From contig JBGAUL010000011.1 in NCBI GenBank assembly GCA_044228685.1, forward strand, positions 13,886 through 77,885: 64,000 bases of DNA, written 5' to 3'. Both the position numbers and the translations under genes were made by a program. The stretch is from Chlorobiota bacterium (GTDB lineage: Bacteria; Bacteroidota; Ignavibacteria; Kapaibacteriales; NICIL-2). The notes beneath the pieces are model-generated. The model saw only the letters and a program-made list of their open reading frames with translations. It was not told the origin of the DNA and ran no database searches. Below, piece by piece: positions 57,484 to 64,000 of this stretch. Each line of letters starts with the position of its first letter. The stretch's first letter is position 1.

Positions 57484-59772
57484 TTAGTCTCTGTTAAGTA
57501 GCATGATCCGGTTAATGTGGGACTCAGGAATCACAAGACCATAGATTCCCATCGAAAGCTGTGAGCACGCTCGTCGTAAGTTCTCCGCCTTCCCACTCCA
57601 ACGACATTCGCCATCCAGAGCATAGATGTACAATTGACTTTGAGCATACAAAGACGTGAGAGCAAGAGCTTGCTCTAGGGTCAAGATTTGTGTGATCTTT
57701 TCTGATCGCTCATCGTTTCCTACATCATTGATTGTCTCATTCTGGTAGATGCCATAGTAGAGTCCGCTCGTATCCCCAACGGCATAGATGTAATTGTCAC
57801 GAAAAGCTATTCTTCGAACATTCAATTCCTGCAGACCGAAGTTTTCTACGGACCAGTGAATTCCCGCATCGCTGCTGATATAGATTCCATCATGTTTGGT
57901 CCCAATCACACACAGTTCAGCCTTTGCTGCAATACATTGAATCGTAATACTGTCCGGCAGATCTACTCGCTGCCAACTACGACCGCTGTCCGCAGACCGG
58001 TACAACGTATTTGCAAGGCTGTCGTACGCTAAAAGTATCCCTTTTGAACACAAAGTCAGACGCTTGAATTGGTGATTAGGAACATAGACTGAATCTACCT
58101 TTGCCGAAGTCGTCGATGTCATCAGAACTGCACATGCATTTGACGCGGGAATGGATGTGATCGCTGCAACTTGTTTTGATTGAATACTAAAGTCGTCGAT
58201 GGAATTGTCCGCAAAAGCCTTGCTCCAAGTAGCTGTAAAATCATCGCTGATGAATAGCTCTCCGCTTTGGGAATGTAGATAGGCTCTGCCACTGAGGTAG
58301 TCAATCCTCTTCCATTGTGCGTTCGAGGGCAAGGATGGGACTAATTGAGGAAACCAGGAAAGACCGGCGTCGTCGCTGTACGCCAGCTCAGGTCCCTCTC
58401 CACAGCTAATCAATCGACCTTCCACAAAGGCAGCATCATTAACCACCGTCTGCGGCAGCGTCACAGGCAACCACTCATCCATTGAGCGCAAACGCTTTAC
58501 AACATCTCGTCGGTGCGAGATAAAGTCGGTTATGCTACTTGTCGCTAGAATTGAAATTTGAACCGAAACTGGAAGTGCACAAAGATCTAAGACATCCGGA
58601 GTTTTGAGTTTTATGTCATTGACATGACCCTCCGGAGTCACAGCGACGATGTCATTTCGATAAGCGATGGCATAGGTGGCTGTGAACCAATTACCCTGCG
58701 GCAATTTCCATGTATCTCCCAAGTCTGTGCTATACCAAATCCTTGAGGAGTTATCACTCGTATTGGTTCCTTTGACTACACAAAGAGTTGACCAGTCATA
58801 GGTCGACTTAATCTCTGTGTTAGGCGCGACTTGATCAGGACTAATGTTATACCATTTGTTCGTACCACTATCACTTCTTAACAACAGACTGTCACCTGCA
58901 ATGATGATACGCGGCAATGAAACGTAAAGGAATTTGATCTTGGTGCCTGTAGGTGTTTCCCACTTTTTAACCCATGCGCTACCGGAACTTGATCTCTGCC
59001 AAATGAATCCATCGCTGATACAATACAAATCACTTTGACTAGTAGAAATGCAATCGATGTCTTTTTCGGTTGGAGTGGCGGTCGTTGACCAGGAATGCTC
59101 CGTTGCATTCCAAAAGAACAGTGTATGTGAATCTGCAAGAAGGACTATGGTACTGTTCCAAGTGAGGAGCTTTCGTGCGTGGTTATAGCTTAACGAGGAA
59201 CTTGTCCAGTTTTGGGCGCCATCAAGAGACTCCAGCACGATTCCATTTTCGAGAGCGAGTACATAGTGTTTGTCATCCACAACAAAGGTCTCGATGCGAC
59301 CAGCCCTAACACTATCGTGAAGTACTCTCCAACCACCACCGTTAATATGACTTCGAGAGAACACGTGATCGGAAACGCTATAGACGAAGTCTTGATCAAC
59401 TTGTGTTGCTCTCACGGGCTGCGCTAAGGGATTCTGTGGTTGCGACCAATGGATGTGTTGACTGTGAAGTGAGTTCGGGAAGAGAAGGATCATCGCAATA
59501 TTGGCGACGAAGCACAAACGACAAAGGGCAGTCGTAAAACGACGCCCTTTGCTACAGTTAAGAATGTGCTTTACGCGCTCAGTGTTATCAGCGCAAGATG
59601 ACAAAGCGAGTCTGTAGTGGAGTTGCTGAGGGACGTTGCACCAAACACTCGTACACGCCTTCTGCACATTGATCCACATTAAAATGAGCTTCTGATTCAT
59701 GGAATTCAATATCGCGAATGAATTGCTCACCGCGAGCATTAAACAACTGTATGCGATAATGTCCATCGGCAA
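57484..59772 (-). CDS. BNR/Asp-box repeat beta-propeller secreted protein (paralog-like of 43622..45676), possible degenerate T9SS CTD
   Basis: Repeats STDLGDTW, YSDDAGLSW, SDDFTATW, SADSGRSW, SSDAGIHW. The 5' roughly 185 nt of the listed ORF overlap the upstream gene, so the real start is probably internal (about 59493-59580) near the hydrophobic ALCRLCFVANIAMILLF. C-terminus ...LYIYALDGECRWSGK...SMGIYGLVIPES is weakly CTD-like. Confidence 0.5.
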   Translation of the reverse strand: MPMDIIAYSCLMLAVSNSFAILNSMNQKLILMWINVQKACTSVWCNVPQQLHYRLALSSCADNTERVKHILNCSKGRRFTTALCRLCFVANIAMILLFPNSLHSQHIHWSQPQNPLAQPVRATQVDQDFVYSVSDHVFSRSHINGGGWRVLHDSVRAGRIETFVVDDKHYVLALENGIVLESLDGAQNWTSSSLSYNHARKLLTWNSTIVLLADSHTLFFWNATEHSWSTTATPTEKDIDCISTSQSDLYCISDGFIWQRSSSGSAWVKKWETPTGTKIKFLYVSLPRIIIAGDSLLLRSDSGTNKWYNISPDQVAPNTEIKSTYDWSTLCVVKGTNTSDNSSRIWYSTDLGDTWKLPQGNWFTATYAIAYRNDIVAVTPEGHVNDIKLKTPDVLDLCALPVSVQISILATSSITDFISHRRDVVKRLRSMDEWLPVTLPQTVVNDAAFVEGRLISCGEGPELAYSDDAGLSWFPQLVPSLPSNAQWKRIDYLSGRAYLHSQSGELFISDDFTATWSKAFADNSIDDFSIQSKQVAAITSIPASNACAVLMTSTTSAKVDSVYVPNHQFKRLTLCSKGILLAYDSLANTLYRSADSGRSWQRVDLPDSITIQCIAAKAELCVIGTKHDGIYISSDAGIHWSVENFGLQELNVRRIAFRDNYIYAVGDTSGLYYGIYQNETINDVGNDERSEKITQILTLEQALALTSLYAQSQLYIYALDGECRWSGKAENLRRACSQLSMGIYGLVIPESHINRIMLLNRD

Positions 59773-62700
59773 GTCCTAGTGCACGAATTCGCATGCTTCC
59801 CGTTGTTGGATTAGGTTCGACCTGAAGTGAGTTCGCATTGAGCATCGCATCGTCGAAGACGCCGACGTTGTCAGTAAGAACACTCAGGTTTGCCTCAACT
59901 GAGGTATCAGCACCGCAATCACCACTTACAATCACGCGATAACGGCCAATGTCGCTGAAGGAAGTCGACGGAATTGTGTACGTGCTGCTATTAGGTGCGC
60001 CAGGGATATTTACTTTGAATTTCTGCCAGCGATATTGAAGGCCGGTACCGGCAACATCGACGCTAAACGATGCAGCTGATCCATTGTAGACCGTGAGGTT
60101 TTGAATGTTACTCGTGATTTGCGGTGCGAAGAGTGTCGTGACACGAATTGGCTTTGATGTGACGCCGTTGGTGCACGCACCATCAATAACCACTTCATAG
60201 CTCCCTGCTCGACTAACAGTCATCGAACTCACTGAGTAGCTGGAATCTGTTGCTCCATTAATCGCAACTCCATCTTTGCGCCACTGGTAGCTGAGTTGAT
60301 CACCCACTGCCTGAACAGAAAGCGACATCGAGTCGCCGCGACACACCGTTACATCGGCACTTTGAGAAACTACTTTTGGTGCACTCTGGATAGTAAATAT
60401 TCCTGGGTTGAGCACGCGAAGTCCTGTAGCAAGGTGTGTGACGCGCATTCGACATTTTTTCGATGGCGTTTGATTCACAGGTACAATCCACGATGATGCG
60501 CGGGTTGTGATGTTGTTCTTAATGATCGACCAAGTCTGACCATCATCAGTACTCAATTCAACTGCAAATGGGTCGGCAGTTGCAATCTGCGAAGCAGTCC
60601 AACTAATCAACATCGACGCTCCGGTGCAAACTGACAGTGCAGCCGGAGGTGAACCGAGCTGTAGGCTGGAGAAGCACATCTTCGTCAATAAACCATCTTT
60701 TACACCACCAAAGATCGGTTGCACGACGCTGTCAGTTGTTCCAATGTTTGGCGACGAGGTCCATCCACCAACATATGCGCCCAGGTTTTCCGACAAGGCT
60801 AAGCAGTTCAACACGTCTTCTTGATTGGCGCCGTAGTACGTAGCATAGGCGACGGTGTTGTTGCGAAGCTTAATGATAAATGCATCACCGCGTTCAGAGA
60901 TCGTCTGTTGCATCCCGTCACCGGTACAGATTAAGTCATTCGAAAATGTCTCGCCAACCAGATACATAAAACCAGCATCATACTCGAGGTCGTGGATAAA
61001 GTCGTTTCCATTGCCTCCTAAGTATGTCAGATATGGAATCAACGAACCATCGGGTTTGACTTGAGCAACAAAGCCATCAATACCTGCACTTTTGGCTGGT
61101 TGAAATTCTCCGGCAATAGCCAAGTTCGTCGAGAGTGTGGCACCGGCAACAATTGCCATTCCACTCACATCAACGCGAACGCTTGTTGCGTAGTCGTCGG
61201 CATTTCCACCAAGAAAAGTGCTATACACTAAGTCTGAACCACGAGAATTGAATTTCGACACGAAGGCATCAGTTGCATTGTTGACACCGGTGAGATTGAT
61301 CTTTGTTTGAGCACACGCCGGTTGATTAAAGATGTTGAAGGGAGCGAGATTGAAATCATTGGATTTTGTCTCTCCCACAACCACCATGTTCGCGTCGGAA
61401 GGTCCTGATGAGGCGATATCCAATGCGCGATCACGTGAAGCGCCGCCCAAATATGAACCGTAGTTCAAGATTCCCCCACTTGGACTTAAGCTTGCTGCAA
61501 AGCCGTCGCCATTGCCGTATGAGGTGATGCGGTATGAACCTGCTTTTACCATCAAGTTCGAAGACTTCGTCTCGCCACAGAAGTAGACACTGCCACTTGC
61601 ATCTTGCGCAATAGCATAAGCTCGATCTTCATCTGATCCACCATAAAAAGTTGAGTAGAGAAGTCGATCGCCGTTAGCACTTAACTGAAACACAAAGGCA
61701 TCAACAGCGCCGCGGAAGGTTTGTCCGACAACTCCGGACGTAGTTGGAAATGACGTCGAGTTTGTCTCGCCGCACACCGTGATTGTATTTCTACCATCGG
61801 TCGATACTGCACAATCCCATGCGATATCCGACGAGCTTCCGGCAACAGTTGCGGCAAAACGATAGGTTGTGAGTTTCGAGTCATACAACACAACAAACAC
61901 ATCCTCCGCGCCATAAATACTGCTCTGATATGCTCCGGTACTCTTTGGAAAACCAGCTGACGCGAAGTAGCCAACTGCCAACACATCACCGGTTGATGGG
62001 ATAACGCGAATAGCGTTAATAACATCGACATCTTCGGCACCAAGGAAGGTTGTGTAAATCGTGGGATCGATAAGCAAAGCTTGACTCCGATCGTACGATG
62101 CAAGCTTGAGCGTCGCAATGCTTCCTTCGACATGAAATCTACACTCTACGTTTTGCTCCTTGCCTTCAATTATTTGATATGCGCGAATGCCACCTTGCAC
62201 GACGTCACCACATGAAGTGCGGATTCGCAAGGATCCGTCCTTGTCTACGCTCAGTGCATCGGCTCCGTCAATACGCATGCGTATTTCTGCAGGATCTGCA
62301 CCAGGTGCACAGGCAAAATCATAGCGAGGCTTGCCATTTTCTGTACTCAAAAGCAATGCAATACCCGGATACAATTCTTGAAGTTGTAAGGATTGATAGT
62401 GAGCGGCGTGTTGCACCCACTGCGATTGATCAGAACCTGAGTAGTAAAAACGATCACCGCTCAGACGATCATTGGATTGAACGAGAGGTGCTGAGCTATT
62501 CTCAAAACTCATTCGTACCACGTGGTGCTTGACGATGATGTCATCTGTCAACTCGTCGTTCATCGAACGGAATTTTGAGGGACGCACAATTTGTTGTCCA
62601 CTCTTGAATGAATCACCACGTAGATCTAGTGTTATTGCGTTTGAACTAACCCACATTTGGCAGGCTGACAGGCTTGCCTTGAACAGTACTTCGGAAGGAA

Positions 62701-62869
62701 ACTGTCCTTTGTTTTCTACAAATCCCTCGTCAACACGAGGCTGAATAGATTTCGGTTGCTCTCCGGCCGCCAAGATATGTGAACTCGTAACAATGAGAGC
62801 AAGAGTCCACAACAGTCGTTTGTATCGATGCACGGTTCCCCCAAAATTCATTATACTAAACAACACCAA
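59588..62869 (-). CDS. Large secreted SBBP-repeat / Ig-like domain protein with T9SS C-terminal sorting domain
   Basis: 1093 aa. Repeated YSTFLGG..D.A....D.SG.....G.T.S.N segments (SBBP beta-propeller repeats), Ig-like beta-rich modules, and C-terminus LQVEPNPTTGSMRIRALGLADGHYRIQLFNARGEQ...GVYECLVQ...RFVILR. The likely start is MNFGGTVHRYKRLLWTLALIV (about 62851). Confidence 0.6.
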   Translation of the reverse strand: MVLFSIMNFGGTVHRYKRLLWTLALIVTSSHILAAGEQPKSIQPRVDEGFVENKGQFPSEVLFKASLSACQMWVSSNAITLDLRGDSFKSGQQIVRPSKFRSMNDELTDDIIVKHHVVRMSFENSSAPLVQSNDRLSGDRFYYSGSDQSQWVQHAAHYQSLQLQELYPGIALLLSTENGKPRYDFACAPGADPAEIRMRIDGADALSVDKDGSLRIRTSCGDVVQGGIRAYQIIEGKEQNVECRFHVEGSIATLKLASYDRSQALLIDPTIYTTFLGAEDVDVINAIRVIPSTGDVLAVGYFASAGFPKSTGAYQSSIYGAEDVFVVLYDSKLTTYRFAATVAGSSSDIAWDCAVSTDGRNTITVCGETNSTSFPTTSGVVGQTFRGAVDAFVFQLSANGDRLLYSTFYGGSDEDRAYAIAQDASGSVYFCGETKSSNLMVKAGSYRITSYGNGDGFAASLSPSGGILNYGSYLGGASRDRALDIASSGPSDANMVVVGETKSNDFNLAPFNIFNQPACAQTKINLTGVNNATDAFVSKFNSRGSDLVYSTFLGGNADDYATSVRVDVSGMAIVAGATLSTNLAIAGEFQPAKSAGIDGFVAQVKPDGSLIPYLTYLGGNGNDFIHDLEYDAGFMYLVGETFSNDLICTGDGMQQTISERGDAFIIKLRNNTVAYATYYGANQEDVLNCLALSENLGAYVGGWTSSPNIGTTDSVVQPIFGGVKDGLLTKMCFSSLQLGSPPAALSVCTGASMLISWTASQIATADPFAVELSTDDGQTWSIIKNNITTRASSWIVPVNQTPSKKCRMRVTHLATGLRVLNPGIFTIQSAPKVVSQSADVTVCRGDSMSLSVQAVGDQLSYQWRKDGVAINGATDSSYSVSSMTVSRAGSYEVVIDGACTNGVTSKPIRVTTLFAPQITSNIQNLTVYNGSAASFSVDVAGTGLQYRWQKFKVNIPGAPNSSTYTIPSTSFSDIGRYRVIVSGDCGADTSVEANLSVLTDNVGVFDDAMLNANSLQVEPNPTTGSMRIRALGLADGHYRIQLFNARGEQFIRDIEFHESEAHFNVDQCAEGVYECLVQRPSATPLQTRFVILR

Positions 62870-63025
62870 CTAAGTCCAATCCCTACCTGAATTCATCTGT
62901 TTCGGAATCTATACCATTCTACATTTCTACACAAGCACCAGCTTTATGAGTTGATTCTCATACTTGAATTCACAAAGAATTCAACGACATGAGCTTCAAT
63001 TTTTTCAATCGACTTTTGGATTGAA

Positions 63026-64000
63026 TTATACTAATTCGAGAGTCTCAATGATCGATCGCGCATCAATCACAACACCGTTCTTCTGACAAGCTTCGATGAA
63101 GAGTGCATAGTGCTCTGAACTTCGAAGAGTTTGTTCATGACCGATGAGAACAAGCTGCTGTTTCGCACGTGTGATTGCTACGTTAAATTTTCTATCGACT
63201 ACTTCCCCGCCAATACTTCGCAATGACTGAATCAATGACAATGTCTGCGCAGATTCAACAGCCGTCGAAATGATGATCGAATCTCGCTCAGAGCCTTGAA
63301 AGCGCTCTACCGTGTCCACTACTACCACCTGACGAAGCGTCTCGTCAAGCTGGTTTATGATCTCACGAATCTGAACTCTAAACGGAGCAATTATACCGAT
63401 GCTCTTTGAGTTGAGGCTGTCGGCGCGAAGTCCGGCAATACGCCTCGCTATCTCTGCACTGACTTTCGCCTCTTGTTTATTTGTCTTGAGACCTTGCTCA
63501 GCATCAGATCGAATGAAGATCAATCGTTGCTTGGCAAGTACTTCGTCAAGCCAGTTTTCAGACTGCGGGCGCGACCAGAGTTCGTACTGATTGTTCTGAG
63601 ACTCATGGGCAACTCGAAGTCGAGATTGGTAAAACAATTGCGACGCAACGTCCTGAATTCGTTGGTGCATACGTCCTTGCTGTTCAAGCATAGCGTAAGC
63701 ACGCTTCCATTCGTGCTGCTGACACTGTTTGATCAATCGTTCAAAGAGCGAAATGCGTAAATCATCGATGCCAAGCGATGATAAGTCCGCATTTGATATT
63801 AGACACGATGACTCGGATTGTGTGACAATTGCCGGCAATTGTCGCTCGTCGCCTATCATGATGCAGCGTCCAATTCCCGCTGCAATACCCACAATCTGCG
63901 GTTCCAGAATCTGCGCAGCTTCATCAACAATCAGTGTTGAGAACTTCTTGAGTTCGAGTAGTTCGGCGTTGGCGTGAACATATGCCAGAGTTGCCACTAT
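63026..64000 (-). CDS. Superfamily 1 helicase, DNA2/NAM7 (Upf1-like) family, C-terminal part (5' end beyond window)
   Basis: Motifs LIVDEAAQ (II), GDERQLP (III), VERFQGSERDSIIIS (V) and VAITRAKQQLVLIG (VI). The listed Met is probably internal, since the Walker A domain must lie beyond 64000. Confidence 0.65.
   Translation of the reverse strand: MVATLAYVHANAELLELKKFSTLIVDEAAQILEPQIVGIAAGIGRCIMIGDERQLPAIVTQSESSCLISNADLSSLGIDDLRISLFERLIKQCQQHEWKRAYAMLEQQGRMHQRIQDVASQLFYQSRLRVAHESQNNQYELWSRPQSENWLDEVLAKQRLIFIRSDAEQGLKTNKQEAKVSAEIARRIAGLRADSLNSKSIGIIAPFRVQIREIINQLDETLRQVVVVDTVERFQGSERDSIIISTAVESAQTLSLIQSLRSIGGEVVDRKFNVAITRAKQQLVLIGHEQTLRSSEHYALFIEACQKNGVVIDARSIIETLELV

Noticed and set aside
57484-59772. 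Fusion of the BNR gene with the upstream SBBP gene
   Set aside because: The SBBP ORF has its own stop at 59588 and a complete CTD. The overlap is only an upstream extension of the BNR ORF to the first in-frame ATG, and the real start is probably internal.
1-64000. CRISPR arrays, transposases/IS elements, integrases, prophage genes, toxin-antitoxin pairs
   Set aside because: No direct-repeat and spacer periodicity, no DDE or serine/tyrosine recombinase-like ORFs, and no obvious TA-sized gene pairs were seen. The window looks like core chromosome.

Overview
This 64 kb window is a gene-dense bacterial chromosomal segment with about 50 protein-coding genes on both strands. No rRNA or tRNA genes, CRISPR arrays, transposases or integrases are apparent. 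Several secreted proteins carry type-A Por/T9SS C-terminal sorting domains, and there are BNR/Asp-box and SBBP beta-propeller proteins, DUF4397-like and DUF3098-like proteins, and a BtuG-like lipoprotein upstream of a BtuB-like receptor. This gene content points to the Fibrobacteres-Chlorobi-Bacteroidetes (FCB) group (Bacteroidota, Chlorobiota or Ignavibacteriota-like). Most genes are housekeeping: secG, uvrC, hslVU, rsmB, lpxK, prfA, purB, recQ, rsmI, queA, aspS, uvrA, and LPS-core glycosyltransferases. The strongest non-CDS feature is a cobalamin riboswitch at about 51016..51173, preceding a beta-propeller lipoprotein and a TonB-dependent receptor, which looks like a B12 uptake locus. Four intrinsic terminators are visible, one of them bidirectional. 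The points most worth a second look are: RsmI fused to a roughly 320-aa acidic then RG/N/Y-rich disordered tail; a 1.15 kb ORF-free region (33998..35145) in otherwise compact DNA; a Schlafen-like AlbA_2/HTH gene translationally coupled to recQ; a CoxE-like VWA protein directly downstream of hslVU; and a methyltransferase, rhodanese, OsmC and GlgE-like GH13 cluster with overlapping reading frames. I do not see a clear canonical defense or mobile system. All calls come from reading the translated ORFs and the nucleotide sequence; no database search was run.
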